Notes: generated by a model from the sequence alone, not told the origin. Shown: positions 18,887 to 29,958, counted from the first letter of the stretch. The stretch is DNA of 34,886 nt from Oligoflexales bacterium (GCA_041736175.1 JBGSUI010000083.1:1-34886); one strand, 5' to 3'. A program made the numbers and translations.

Positions 18887-19330
18887 ATGAAAAACAAATT
18901 GATAGCAGCATTTGAAAGCAAGCATTTTGCCCCAAAGAAACAGCACCCTGCTTTTAGAGTGGGCGACACAGTTCGCGTCAACTATAAAATCCAAGAAGGG
19001 TCTGATAAGTCTAAATTTCGAATCCAGCAATACGAAGGTGTGGTGATTCGGTTCCAAAAAGGGACCGTTGAGTCTTCTTTCCTAGTTCGAAAAATCGGCG
19101 CTAACAGCGTTGGGGTTGAGCGGAATTTTCCCCTCCACTCACCCTATATCGACGGAATCGAATTGGTAGCCTCGGGAATCGTCCGCCGCGCCCGGCTCTA
19201 CTACCTTAGAGATCTTCAAGGTAAGGCAGCCCGTATCCGTAGCCGTCAAAAAGGCCGGAAAGCTCTGGTGGAACTTCCTACTACAGCAGCTAGCCCTGTA
19301 GAAGCCACCGAGACACCTCCACAAGCTTAA
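18887..19330 (+). CDS. rplS: 50S ribosomal protein L19
   Basis: [51 protein letters not shown]. Confidence 0.98.
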   Translation: MKNKLIAAFESKHFAPKKQHPAFRVGDTVRVNYKIQEGSDKSKFRIQQYEGVVIRFQKGTVESSFLVRKIGANSVGVERNFPLHSPYIDGIELVASGIVRRARLYYLRDLQGKAARIRSRQKGRKALVELPTTAASPVEATETPPQA

Positions 19331-19785
19331 GCCTCACTGAGGATCGGGTAGGGGTCAAAAGCCCCTACAAAGTAATGAATTTCAGCCACCCTTTGGTCCA
19401 CCCTCTTGGGGGTGACAAAGGCCAAGTCAAACCGCCATGTTTTGTATTGGTAGTAAGCCGGGTGTTTTTGAAAAAATGATTGAGATCCCTTTGTCAGGGA
19501 TCTTTTTTTTTGGAGAGTCAAACCAAGATCTACTTCGGTAGGATTCTGGGGGAAAGCTCTCCGGTATTTTACTTCGATAAAACTGAGACAAGATGCTTTA
19601 GTCACCACTAAATCCAACTCACAGCCTCTTGCCCTAAAGTTGCGCGCTACGAGATGCCACCCTTGCTCACAGAGCAACTCTGCAATAAGAGCTTCAGCCC
19701 CTTGGCCTTTAAGGTAACTGGGTACCTCTGCCGAGTAAGCTGCGAATGGGTTCAAAGTTTTTGCGGTGAAGCGGACATATTCCAT
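19327..19785 (-). CDS. yraN: YraN (UPF0102) family putative endonuclease
   Basis: [26 protein letters not shown]; follows rnhB; start uncertain. Confidence 0.88.
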   Translation of the reverse strand: MEYVRFTAKTLNPFAAYSAEVPSYLKGQGAEALIAELLCEQGWHLVARNFRARGCELDLVVTKASCLSFIEVKYRRAFPQNPTEVDLGLTLQKKRSLTKGSQSFFQKHPAYYQYKTWRFDLAFVTPKRVDQRVAEIHYFVGAFDPYPILSEA

Positions 19786-20389
19786 ACTGCTCGATCATCT
19801 TCCTGTGCAAAACCGTGCCATAACCAACATGGGTCTCAAAACCATATCCTGGATAGGTCCGTGCTTCTTGATGCATAAACTCATCTCGCGCCTCTTTTGC
19901 AAGGATCGCTGCTGCAGCGATGGCATAACAAAGATCGTCGCCCTTGATCACGGGGAGTTGCTCAGCGTCGATTCCAGAAATCCTTTGCCTTCCATCCACA
20001 AGAACGATGTCGTAAGCAGACTTACACTGCTGGGCGGCCCTTAAAATCGCCAGAGTGTTGGCTTGAACAATTCCCAGCTCCTCAATCTCCCTTTCCGTAG
20101 CAACCCCCAGATGGGCTTCCAGGGCTATTTCCCTGATCGTCACCACCATACGCTGTCGCTTGAGGGCGTTTAATTTCTTAGAATCCCTAAGGTTTACAAG
20201 CACTTCTCGGGACAGCTTCCTAAGACGCTGGTAGTCTAAGATACAAGCTCCGGCAAAGAGTGGTCCCGCAAGGCAGCCACGCCCTACTTCGTCAACACCG
20301 AGAATAGTACGCCCGCGGGCCAAAAGCTTGTTTTCCAGAACTCCCCGATCATCAATGACAGGGATCCTGCGGGATAATCGGTTGCCCAT
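19709..20389 (-). CDS. rnhB: ribonuclease HII
   Basis: GVDEVGRGCLAGP, DSKKL, VDG, KGD, AAAILAK, GYGT, HRKNF. Confidence 0.97.
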   Translation of the reverse strand: MGNRLSRRIPVIDDRGVLENKLLARGRTILGVDEVGRGCLAGPLFAGACILDYQRLRKLSREVLVNLRDSKKLNALKRQRMVVTIREIALEAHLGVATEREIEELGIVQANTLAILRAAQQCKSAYDIVLVDGRQRISGIDAEQLPVIKGDDLCYAIAAAAILAKEARDEFMHQEARTYPGYGFETHVGYGTVLHRKMIEQYGICPLHRKNFEPIRSLLGRGTQLP

Positions 20390-20424
20390 ACATCCACTTT
20401 CTTTTCGTTGACCTCAGACTCTTC

Positions 20425-20751
20425 TTACAAAGCCTTTTTCAAAAGATCGACGATCCGGGCTTTAGGATGAGCACCGACTAAGGAGTCCACCATTTTACCG
20501 TCCTTGAAGAGCACTAGATAGGGGATGGACCTCACCCCATAGGTGGCTGGAACATTGGCATTTTCGTCCACATTCATCTTTGCGACAGTCACTTTGCCCT
20601 TATACTCAAGGGCCAAACTCTCCAAGACAGGGCCAATCGCCAAACAGGGGCCACACCAGGGCGCCCAAAAGTCCACGAGAACTGGGACAGATGATTGAGT
20701 CACGCTGGCGTCAAAGGTTGCGTCCGTGATTGCAATTGTATTGTCAGCCAT
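20425..20751 (-). CDS. trxA: thioredoxin
   Basis: VLVDFWAPWCGPC, YGVRSIP; 108 aa. Confidence 0.97.
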   Translation of the reverse strand: MADNTIAITDATFDASVTQSSVPVLVDFWAPWCGPCLAIGPVLESLALEYKGKVTVAKMNVDENANVPATYGVRSIPYLVLFKDGKMVDSLVGAHPKARIVDLLKKAL

Positions 20752-20887
20752 AGAATCTTTTACTCCTCACAAGTGGCCCCGATGGGGCTCGGGCGATATC
20801 CCAATGTCGCGATCGTAGCCTCAATTGTCAAGGAAACAAAAGACCACCCGATAAATGTCCACAAAACCGGCAAGCGTGCAAAAAGCC

Positions 20888-22537
20888 TTACGGGAACGGA
20901 CGCCCCAGGGTCAACGACTCGAGGAGTGGCCCTCCGACGGTGACGACCGCAGACTTGGGTTTGCCACCGTCCGGCCAGTTGCTCGACCAAATCTGGGAGG
21001 GCGCCCCCCCGGTCGAGCCAGCTTCCCCTGGATGTTGGACCGACAAAAAGAGTGTCTTAAAATCAGGAGAAAAGCTCGGCCCCGTCAGCTCCGCACCGAC
21101 CGGCGCCGCGGCTATCAGGTGGGCTCGACCAGCCGCGGGGCCTCCCGCGGGGACCACATAGAGCCCATTATTACCAAACGGGGCGTAGGGCGGCTTATTA
21201 AGTGAGGAGCCCGAGATGTCGGTCGTGATCCATAGATTACCTCGTGGATCAAAGACGATATTGTCAGGACAGGCTAACCCGACCTCCTCACCACCTACCA
21301 GAAAAGTCGAGGTTTGAAATTCTTCGGCACCTGGATCTTTCCCCTTCTCGTCGATCTTTAGAATCGAGCCGAAAGGACGTCCCTTAGGAATGTTGTTGGT
21401 CAGCGAGATATAGATCGCTTTATTAAACGGGTTTTGGGCAATCCCCTCAGGGCGATCAAGGGGAGTGCCGCCCAAGATTGCTGCGGCTTCACGGCTAAAC
21501 GTAAGCATGTTGCTTTGGACCTTAAACACCTCTTTAAGTCTTGGATTTTTGTCTACATCAAGAGCCAACCATCGACCTTGTTTCAAATCCGCTACCCACA
21601 GAGTCCCCTCTGCAAGACTATCTTTCCGTGACGAAACAAACTTATAAACACATTGGTCATTAGAATCATCGCCCATATAGACAACGATCCGGCCATCAGA
21701 GGCTTGAGTAACTAGGGCCCCCTCATGGGCAAAACGCCCTAGTGAAACCAATTTTTTCGCTGACGCTGTTTTAGGATCCACCTCGACAACCCAGCCGTAA
21801 TGCTCGGGGGGTGCTGGAAAAAACTGCGACCAACTTAAGGTCGCAGCCTTAAAATCAATGTGATGTTTGCCTGTTTTGGGATCAAACACTGCCTTGCCGT
21901 AGTATTCATCTGTATTTTCTTCGCACGTTAAAATCGTACCCCAAGGAGTCACACCACCTGAGCAGTTACCCAAAGTCCCACGGGCTTCAGACTTTCCGAC
22001 GATCGGGCCGCCTTCAAAAGGGATCGAAGTCTCTCCCGTCAGGCGACGGTTGGTCCCGGATTTTGTGTCTACAACCCATGGCGCCGAAGGGGACGTACGT
22101 CTTATTTTTAAGAGTGACCCACCAACAGATTTTTGTTCGATAACGACCTGAGCCATGGTTCTATTTTTAAGATGGGCTCCCTCATGGAGTAAATTTTGGT
22201 CAGGGGATTCGTGATTAACCCAGAGAGTCCCCTCGAGAGATTCTGGTCGGTCCATCAAACAAGCTGTAAAGTCATTGTTGATCCCAAAAGTTTCGCCTTG
22301 ATGATTGATCACGTCACCCCAACGCACCAGCACCTTATAATGTAGACCCTTGGCCACACGAAAGCGATCTTCTGAAGAACGGCGGAGGGAAGGAAACACT
22401 TGTTGATTTCCTGTGCCAAAAGCTAATGGGTTAAAACCCAAGGCACCCAAGCCAACTCCCATGACCCCGAGAAACTCTAGGAAGGCCCTGCGTTCCATAA
22501 GATTCTCGCTACGGTTTGTGGTGGATTGTTTGTACAT
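20888..22537 (-). CDS. phoX: PhoX family alkaline phosphatase, Tat-exported
   Basis: RRAFL Tat motif, WVNHE, NCSGGVTPWGTILTCEEN, LGRFAHEG, YMGDD, DRPE, CPDN, ELTGP, SVQHPGE. Confidence 0.95.
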   Translation of the reverse strand: MYKQSTTNRSENLMERRAFLEFLGVMGVGLGALGFNPLAFGTGNQQVFPSLRRSSEDRFRVAKGLHYKVLVRWGDVINHQGETFGINNDFTACLMDRPESLEGTLWVNHESPDQNLLHEGAHLKNRTMAQVVIEQKSVGGSLLKIRRTSPSAPWVVDTKSGTNRRLTGETSIPFEGGPIVGKSEARGTLGNCSGGVTPWGTILTCEENTDEYYGKAVFDPKTGKHHIDFKAATLSWSQFFPAPPEHYGWVVEVDPKTASAKKLVSLGRFAHEGALVTQASDGRIVVYMGDDSNDQCVYKFVSSRKDSLAEGTLWVADLKQGRWLALDVDKNPRLKEVFKVQSNMLTFSREAAAILGGTPLDRPEGIAQNPFNKAIYISLTNNIPKGRPFGSILKIDEKGKDPGAEEFQTSTFLVGGEEVGLACPDNIVFDPRGNLWITTDISGSSLNKPPYAPFGNNGLYVVPAGGPAAGRAHLIAAAPVGAELTGPSFSPDFKTLFLSVQHPGEAGSTGGAPSQIWSSNWPDGGKPKSAVVTVGGPLLESLTLGRPFP

Positions 22538-22664
22538 GCTCTATACCTTATTAAAAAAGAACCGAAATTAAGCCCTGGAATCATGACTCTAGCAAAATTT
22601 TAAACGAAAAAACCATTAAATTCCCATTAAGAATCCATAACCTGGGCCCGTCCCGCCACGGGAT

Positions 22665-25118
22665 TTAAATGCTTCCAGGACCAAGACACTGCCGCGGATA
22701 AAGTGGGAAATAGCGCCTAAAGATCTCCACCGCATCCTTACCCCTTGCCGCCAAAAGATCCGCATCTATAAGAGAGAGCCCCAATCCGTGACCATCGCCC
22801 GTGCCATTAAAGATCGCAAACCCATCGGCCATCTGCGCCACGTGGGGGCAGGAGGGGAGGCGAAGTTGATTTCGAAACACTTCGCAGCTTAGACTTAAGA
22901 CTCCTTGCCCATGGGCCACTTCCACTTGACTGCGGACCATAATCTTTGCAAGGGGCAGTCCCACCCCCAAGGAGGCAGCAACCTGGTTGAGAGGGCGTCG
23001 ATGCTGCCAATGTTTGCCGCCTCCTAGTGAAAATGGATACCAGTCGTCAGAACGGCAGGTGGAGTCTCTGGCAAGCTGTGTGAGCGCCCAATGGGACGCT
23101 TCAAAAAGCCTCATCTTACGAGAACTGTCAGGCCGATTCCAACGACTGGGATATTGGCCCCCAAAAATCTGGCAATGACTGGTATCACAGACAGGTCGAG
23201 CTTCGTGGCGTCGGGACCGACTGTTAAGGCCCACAGCCAGAGCCAAAGCCTGCAGAGTCGCCCTATAGCCATCAGGATACTCGTTTGAAACAACATTGGA
23301 GATATAGTGCTGGAGACTGGTCTCTATCACTAAGCTCGAACCCTGGCGCGCCCCAGCCCGCCGTTCGGTGACAGGGAGTGAAAACCTATTTGGAAGGTTT
23401 GAATCGAGTGGATCGACACGAAGTCGACCAAAATAGCGATATCTAATTTTGTTTTGATTGGTAAGAGATATTGTGATGGGACCCTGGTAACAGGTATAGA
23501 GTCCAGGCTCCGTGGTACGCAATACGGACTTTTTTGTAGGAATAATCGTTTTCGGCCTTAAACCGTCAATTTTTTCATGGGGAGGCAGTTCCTTGATTTG
23601 ATAGAGTTGGTGAGCGCACGATAGCTTCATCGGTCCTGGATGGACCAGCCCCCCAAGGATCTGGACCTGAGCATCTCCCCTGACTACTTCCGCTCCCGCA
23701 ACGTGGGATTTAAGATGTTTGGCCAAGTTATGCAAAAGTTCATTTGGTGCCTGACCGGCACCATGAATCACCCCAAGCAGCGGCGGGTTGTCTGGTTTGT
23801 CGGTAAGAGGCCCCACAGCCACGATCCAACCATCATGGGGCTCACTCCCTGTCGTCCGAAAGGTGCCTGTTTTTAGGGCAAACCCATTTTCAACAAACCA
23901 TCGACTCTGTGGATGGTCCCTTAGAGTTCCTTGTAAAGGCGTTTTAAGGAGAGAATATGCGATATCTGGCGCTCGATCATAAAGCCAGCGGTAAAGCCCG
24001 AGAACTTGTTCTACGCTAATCTCCAGCCCGGGTACAAGGCCAATCGATTTTTGCAAAATACCAATATTTTGATCGTTAGGTGAACCATTAGATTCAATTT
24101 TGAAATCTTTATTGAGATCATGTTTGACCCCAAATTGGGTGAGAAGTGCGGCCCAAGGTCTCAAGTCAAATTTTTTAACTTCTCGGTGTTCTAAAAAAAA
24201 ACCATTACAAGAATGGATGAGAGCTTGGTCCCATGTCCAGAGCATAGGCTCCCGTGTCGCCCCAAGTGGGACGAGTTTGCCGGAGCGTCCGCACTGCCAA
24301 TAGGGTGATGATAGAGCCATCGTCGGCAGCCGAAGCTCCTTTACCAGGCTCACCAGCAGTGGTTTGAGTATCGAGCCCGGAGCAAAAGGCGTCTTGGTCT
24401 TTCCCACCGCCAGGAGTGGCTCAAGTGACAACCCATCGACCACCAAGATATCCGGATCGCCTTTTAGTATGGGGGTCTTAATTTCCGAACCAAGCAGCTC
24501 TGTAAAGATTGCTCGGGCAGCTAGAGACCCATCAAATTCGTCCTTGAGACAAAATCTTGTGATGTTTATAAGGTGCGAAATCAAGGACTCTGATTTAGAT
24601 TTTTCCATAAGAATCCGCCCTAAGGCGTAGCTTATTTTGTTGGATTCGGGATCTAGGCTTTCTGTAAAAAGATTTTTTTCCTTTAGCCATAACGCTGCTA
24701 GGTGCCCATAGGCAAACTCGCTTGAATATGCCGCAATGCGGTTAAAGTCCCCACTGATCCATTGAGCAAAAATCTCATGAACCGCTGGCATTGAAATACG
24801 CCCGGGACAAAGTTGCTCCAAAAACTGATGCCCAATTTCGTGGCGTAAGACGCTTGATTTATTTTGTTCCGACAGACCTTGCCAAAGGCCGATTCCATCG
24901 CGATCTATGGTGCCAACTTTAGTGTTTTTAATATGGGAATAATTGTAAATCTTGAGCGGAAATCGAGCCAAATCCTTTTTGTTAGAATCTACCACAATTT
25001 TGGTCTGATATTCATGCCAGATGGCGTCTTCGGGTTGACCCAAAACCCTAGCTGCGCCGCACCACCATAACGGGAGTGACAAGATGGCTATAGTTTTGTT
25101 CTTGGTACATATCTTCAA
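22665..25118 (-). CDS. YfaQ-like multidomain protein: HExxH region, penicillin-binding transpeptidase-like domain and SpoIID/LytB domain
   Basis: RHEIGH...E; SILK, SCN, KTGT; VVSNE..LQALA..VCDTSHCQIF..GDGHGLGLS; TTG 25118 with AAGGAGG upstream preferred over 25199. Confidence 0.8.
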   Translation of the reverse strand: MKICTKNKTIAILSLPLWWCGAARVLGQPEDAIWHEYQTKIVVDSNKKDLARFPLKIYNYSHIKNTKVGTIDRDGIGLWQGLSEQNKSSVLRHEIGHQFLEQLCPGRISMPAVHEIFAQWISGDFNRIAAYSSEFAYGHLAALWLKEKNLFTESLDPESNKISYALGRILMEKSKSESLISHLINITRFCLKDEFDGSLAARAIFTELLGSEIKTPILKGDPDILVVDGLSLEPLLAVGKTKTPFAPGSILKPLLVSLVKELRLPTMALSSPYWQCGRSGKLVPLGATREPMLWTWDQALIHSCNGFFLEHREVKKFDLRPWAALLTQFGVKHDLNKDFKIESNGSPNDQNIGILQKSIGLVPGLEISVEQVLGLYRWLYDRAPDIAYSLLKTPLQGTLRDHPQSRWFVENGFALKTGTFRTTGSEPHDGWIVAVGPLTDKPDNPPLLGVIHGAGQAPNELLHNLAKHLKSHVAGAEVVRGDAQVQILGGLVHPGPMKLSCAHQLYQIKELPPHEKIDGLRPKTIIPTKKSVLRTTEPGLYTCYQGPITISLTNQNKIRYRYFGRLRVDPLDSNLPNRFSLPVTERRAGARQGSSLVIETSLQHYISNVVSNEYPDGYRATLQALALAVGLNSRSRRHEARPVCDTSHCQIFGGQYPSRWNRPDSSRKMRLFEASHWALTQLARDSTCRSDDWYPFSLGGGKHWQHRRPLNQVAASLGVGLPLAKIMVRSQVEVAHGQGVLSLSCEVFRNQLRLPSCPHVAQMADGFAIFNGTGDGHGLGLSLIDADLLAARGKDAVEIFRRYFPLYPRQCLGPGSI

Positions 25119-28100
25119 TGCGAATGATCCCTCCTTGAAATGTTCCCTGGTGAACCGCGCGCACCAAATAACCAACCTCCCGCTCTTCTCCTGCTCCACT
25201 TGATCCGACTTGAAGGTGAAAGCGTACCCGATCCACCAGAAATTCCCGTTTAAAGGGAATTTTTGGTCTTAGGGAAAAATTCCACGGCGCAGTCGTGTAG
25301 ATCTTATCTTCCATAATGGGTGCAAATCCCGTCGGAAGGGAATCCTCAACCATCAAATAAGCCGAAGGTCGCATCCCTTGTTTGGCTCCATATCTAATCT
25401 GAATGTAGAGAATATCACCTATTTTGATTTGAGTGGGAGCTACTTCCTGAATTTTGTTGTTGGCTTGGTCAACTAAATAAATCCTCCGCTCGATATTCCA
25501 AGCCGATAGATAAGGTTTGATATCCTTATAGTTGACTGTTTTGCGTATGCGTACCGTTCCCGTATCAGTCGCGGACAGACCTGAAACTTTTAGCTCATGC
25601 TGCCCCGCAAGGGTCGGATCAATGGGTATGATCGCCGAGTAGCCTCCAATATGCGGACTATATTGCACTTGTGTTCCATCAATCTCTCTTGTTTGAAAAG
25701 AAATACGAGGTTTATGAAATTGATAAGCTAAATTAAAAGCCTCCCTACTTAAAATATACTCTGAATGCCCAAGGATCATTGCAGTCTCAAAAGTGGACTG
25801 AAAACGACTGCCATCGAAATGACTGAGCAACTTTGTCGTCATCAATGTAAGGCGATTTTGCGGCATCTGACCTAAGAGGTGAAGGGCCTTTCCTGCAATC
25901 GCAAGGTGGGAAATCGGAGTCCCAGGATAGTTTTGCCACCGACCTTGATATACCGCGTTTTGAGATAGATCTTCAGAGTTTTTAATCTTAGGACCCTGAC
26001 GCAAATCAAGGTCAAATTGCCGATTCAATGCTTCCTGCAACGACTTTAAGGGCTGTTGAAAATCTGGATCTTGACTCAATCCTGACTGTACCAACCCTAA
26101 TGTGATCCAAGCTAAATCTCGCAGGTTTTCCGGATGATCGTTTTGTTTTGTGTGTTTTTCAATCAAAAACTGCCACTGGCTAAAACTAAAGTGAGAACGA
26201 TCGGGCTTAGGCAGAAGCCCTAGGTCCACAAGGCGCCCAAAAATAGCGAGACGTAAAATCATTTGGGGCGAATCTTCAGTCAATGGTTGGGTTTCAAGCC
26301 ATCTCCAAGCCTTAAGAACATCAAAGGTCTCGTTTAAGTCCACATCATCGACATTAAGAATCGAATAAAGAACCAGCAGCGTCATTGATAGATCGCTCTG
26401 CCCGAGTCCTGGCCACCAGACGAGGGATCCGTCGTCGTTTTGATACTGTTTCAGTCTGAGGAGTCCTGAATGAAAAAACTTGCTTGAATCGGCAACCAGT
26501 TGATCCTTATTTTTTTGTGTCAAAGCAGGTATTTTGTCTGACCTGAGTGACTTGATTTTAATCCACGATGACTTGAAAAAGTTTTTGATCCCATTCCACC
26601 AAAAACCAATAGGATTGTCTCCGACCACTTGTTTGACATAGTGGCCATTGATGAGCTTATAGTTTATGACGTTGACTAGGACCGAACTTGCGAGCTGTTC
26701 AGCACACCCATAGGGGTATTGGATCAAAGTGCGTGCTGCATTTTCAATGGTTCCAGAAAGACCGGTTGCTACTGTTAGTTTTAATTGTTCTATGGTCTCA
26801 CCTGGTTTTGTTTGGATGGTCGCCGCATCGTTGGCATCCAGTTTTGAAGATTCAGAATAGACATAGCTATTTGGCACAACTCGAAAATCGCTAAGGTACT
26901 CCGTTTTATCGCCTTGGAGGCTTAATACGGTCTTGACTAGAGCCCGTTCGTTGGTAGCAAATTCCTTAAGTTGCAGTCCTATAGGAACATGAACTTCGCT
27001 ACCAGGCTTGATCACACCTTCTAAGATACTATTTGCCGTAAGCTGATTCAGAAAACTTGATTCTAACGAAACTGAGAATCTTTCTGGTTTTATATTTCCA
27101 CTGGAAGCCACCTTGAAATCCATATTGATCTGATCTCCTGGGCGCATAGCTCTGGGCCACGAGGCTATAAGCGAAACCCTTCGATTGGCTCTGAACTGAC
27201 CTTGGATTTCTCCGAATGATCCATTTTGATCGACGACTACTGCTGTCGCCCGCCAAATGGTCTGATTAGTTGGTAAGGTAAAATTCACCTCAGCCGTGCC
27301 ATCATCCCTAGTCTGTATACTGGGATTCCAATAGGCGGTATCTCGATCTGTCTTGGGCTTTTCAGGTTTTGGCGCACCATGGGAAAAATTTGGTCGAAAC
27401 ATTCCAGCGATCTTTTCCCCATACCCAAACGACTGAAAATGATGACTTACAAAACTCATCAGATTAAGCCGTTCGGGTGGGTAGAAAAAGTCAACGAGTT
27501 TCGGCCTAAATTCTTGATGAACCCGGTAAACAGCTTCGTCGACGACAGAAAGAGCAATCTCAGCGGTGACAGGACGCCCCTGGTAATCTGTCACTTTAAA
27601 AAAAGCTCTCTGCTCACTCGCCGGGGAGAGCTCCTTATTTGCAAAATCCATTGAGATTTTGAGGATTTTTTCCACTGGTATGATGGTAAATCCTAACTTT
27701 TCTTCGACCCAACCTTTTTGTCCATCTGGATAGGATACAAGGACATAAAAACTCGACCCAAATCGCGACTCCCCATTGATTTTCAGGACGACTGATGTGC
27801 CCTTATGAGCGATTTTTTTAGTGTAAAAAATTGAACGTCCAGCAACGGTGACATTGAGATTGCCAGAGTTACTGGCATTTTCTCCCCACTTTTCTGGCAG
27901 TAATACCAGGATTTCCGCTGATTCTCCATTTCTAAGCTGGCTTGTGTTTGTTATAAGACTTAGGTTTTCCACCTGGCTTACGGGATCATTTGTTTTAGGA
28001 TCCATCACCATCAGGCTTGTTTTCGACTCCGTTTTTCGACCCTTGGAGTCTAGTAACACTACGTTTGCCTCTAGTTCTCCAACCCGCTCCGTAGGCACCT

Positions 28101-29958
28101 TTAAGGACATAAGACCATCTTTAGCCGTCTCAAAGGGTTGTTCACTTACTTTGGTCCAGTCTCCTTGATAGGGCTTTATGGACCATACAACGGCGCCCTG
28201 AATCGATGGGAGAGGTGTACCAGAGGGTGAAGTTGCGAGGACTTTAATCTCGTAGGAAGCTCCCTTTTTAATCATGACCAGATTGTTTTTAATCTGTCCA
28301 ATCACGTCACTCCTTGTGTCGAGAAAAGTCAGCGAAGTGGACGCCGACTCACCCGATGGATCATAGGCAAATAGATTAAGTCTAAAGGTATAGTCATAGA
28401 GTGGATCTCCTGGCACCTCGTCAGGAACCTTCATTTCTAAATTTAGAAAGCCTGAGTCATCAAACTTAAGATCTTGCATTGACGCCACAACAATGGGAAG
28501 ACTCGGCGACTGATGCTGGGACTGATCAAACCCGTAAGTCTTTAAACTACCACTTTCGGCCAATCCTTCCGTTTCAATCCATTCTGGCTCGCTGTACCTC
28601 TCACGGTATAAATCTGCCCTCAAAACCATCCCTTTGGGGGCACCTCCTGCAAAACGCTCGGCTCTGACTTGGACCTTTAGGGTTTCGCCCGCCCTCAGGG
28701 TTTCTTGTTCTGTTTTCGCCGTCAAATAATAGAGGGGTTTCACATATTCTTGGACCCTAATCTCGCCAATATGGGCCGCACCGGCAAATTGACTTTTAAT
28801 GCGGAAAAGGCCACTCCCATCATTGGGAGCTTTGAGTGTGCTGTTAAAGGTTCCAAAGGAATTAAGGGATGATTGTTCTGCATTGCCTTTCACTTGCTGG
28901 TCCACATCTTCGAGATGAGTGGCGATCTTGCTATCATCCTGACTTAAAACATTAAGGATCCGGCTTAGCCCTCCCCTTGCTTTTCGCAGGATCCCTTTCA
29001 CTAAAATATCATCCCCAGGGCGGTAAACAGGCCGGTCTGAGTACAGATAGATGTCAGGAAAATCCGTCGAACTAGGTAGAAACTCCGCATCGACAATGGC
29101 AGTGCCCAGTTGGTCTCTCCGGTCGTTAAACACAAAGAGCAGTGGCCCTGGAGGCAACCCCTTTAAGTGGGCTGTCCCCTGTGAATTCAGCTCTGCTTTA
29201 ACCGCCCACTGACCCTGAATATTGCGCACCTCGACGAGACCACCCGCTAAATCTTCCCCAGTCCTGTGGGATGCCCTGACGATCGCTTCGGAATCCGACT
29301 GCTGAACCTCTGCCAAGATATCATTCACCACCAAAACGATCTGTCCCTCAAGAGGACCCTGGGTCACCTGCACCAGATAAAACCCTGGCTTTAATTTGGG
29401 AAGACTTACGGATTTGCTTTTATAGCCCGACCCAAAAGCACTGTACCACTCATCAAATCCAGGGACGTCGAAGGGCTTTATAGCATCTGTCGCCTCGGGG
29501 TAGATCATCACCTCGGAGACCAGTTCAAATTGCTCTGGAAAGGCTACAATTTTTTGCTGTCCCTCCTGCAGAGGGGTGACCCCCTTTGCAAAACTTCCAC
29601 CGCCATATTGGTTTTTGAGGCCATCTCTAAGGCTTTTGTCTGCTGCTCGACGGATCCAGTCGGTCCGCCAAGAAAGCTGGTTGAGGCCCATCTTTAAATA
29701 ACGCAAACTATTAAATTCAACCTTAGGTTGCTTCCACGCCCTTTTTAGATCGATCTGAGAGGCTATAAAACCACGCATGTCTTTTGGCTTAAGCAACCTA
29801 AAATGGATTGGTTTTCTCGCCCTATAGTTCACTTCAATAACTGGAGACTCGTCGCTTCCGTAATCTCTAAACACTGTCATGTATAGATCTTTGGCCCAAC
29901 TTTGATTGGCAAATATAAACATAGATAAAAAAGCAACCACCCATCGACTGGATTTCAT
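25048..29958 (-). CDS. bacterial alpha-2-macroglobulin (YfaS/MagD-type context)
   Basis: YSDRPVYRPGD, QEYVKP, ALSVVDEAV, TAYWNP, FTLPTNQTIWRATA, PYGCAEQ, YQNDDG..WW, VEDSLPTG; 1636 aa. Confidence 0.95.
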   Translation of the reverse strand: MKSSRWVVAFLSMFIFANQSWAKDLYMTVFRDYGSDESPVIEVNYRARKPIHFRLLKPKDMRGFIASQIDLKRAWKQPKVEFNSLRYLKMGLNQLSWRTDWIRRAADKSLRDGLKNQYGGGSFAKGVTPLQEGQQKIVAFPEQFELVSEVMIYPEATDAIKPFDVPGFDEWYSAFGSGYKSKSVSLPKLKPGFYLVQVTQGPLEGQIVLVVNDILAEVQQSDSEAIVRASHRTGEDLAGGLVEVRNIQGQWAVKAELNSQGTAHLKGLPPGPLLFVFNDRRDQLGTAIVDAEFLPSSTDFPDIYLYSDRPVYRPGDDILVKGILRKARGGLSRILNVLSQDDSKIATHLEDVDQQVKGNAEQSSLNSFGTFNSTLKAPNDGSGLFRIKSQFAGAAHIGEIRVQEYVKPLYYLTAKTEQETLRAGETLKVQVRAERFAGGAPKGMVLRADLYRERYSEPEWIETEGLAESGSLKTYGFDQSQHQSPSLPIVVASMQDLKFDDSGFLNLEMKVPDEVPGDPLYDYTFRLNLFAYDPSGESASTSLTFLDTRSDVIGQIKNNLVMIKKGASYEIKVLATSPSGTPLPSIQGAVVWSIKPYQGDWTKVSEQPFETAKDGLMSLKVPTERVGELEANVVLLDSKGRKTESKTSLMVMDPKTNDPVSQVENLSLITNTSQLRNGESAEILVLLPEKWGENASNSGNLNVTVAGRSIFYTKKIAHKGTSVVLKINGESRFGSSFYVLVSYPDGQKGWVEEKLGFTIIPVEKILKISMDFANKELSPASEQRAFFKVTDYQGRPVTAEIALSVVDEAVYRVHQEFRPKLVDFFYPPERLNLMSFVSHHFQSFGYGEKIAGMFRPNFSHGAPKPEKPKTDRDTAYWNPSIQTRDDGTAEVNFTLPTNQTIWRATAVVVDQNGSFGEIQGQFRANRRVSLIASWPRAMRPGDQINMDFKVASSGNIKPERFSVSLESSFLNQLTANSILEGVIKPGSEVHVPIGLQLKEFATNERALVKTVLSLQGDKTEYLSDFRVVPNSYVYSESSKLDANDAATIQTKPGETIEQLKLTVATGLSGTIENAARTLIQYPYGCAEQLASSVLVNVINYKLINGHYVKQVVGDNPIGFWWNGIKNFFKSSWIKIKSLRSDKIPALTQKNKDQLVADSSKFFHSGLLRLKQYQNDDGSLVWWPGLGQSDLSMTLLVLYSILNVDDVDLNETFDVLKAWRWLETQPLTEDSPQMILRLAIFGRLVDLGLLPKPDRSHFSFSQWQFLIEKHTKQNDHPENLRDLAWITLGLVQSGLSQDPDFQQPLKSLQEALNRQFDLDLRQGPKIKNSEDLSQNAVYQGRWQNYPGTPISHLAIAGKALHLLGQMPQNRLTLMTTKLLSHFDGSRFQSTFETAMILGHSEYILSREAFNLAYQFHKPRISFQTREIDGTQVQYSPHIGGYSAIIPIDPTLAGQHELKVSGLSATDTGTVRIRKTVNYKDIKPYLSAWNIERRIYLVDQANNKIQEVAPTQIKIGDILYIQIRYGAKQGMRPSAYLMVEDSLPTGFAPIMEDKIYTTAPWNFSLRPKIPFKREFLVDRVRFHLQVGSSGAGEEREVGYLVRAVHQGTFQGGIIRIEDMYQEQNYSHLVTPVMVVRRS

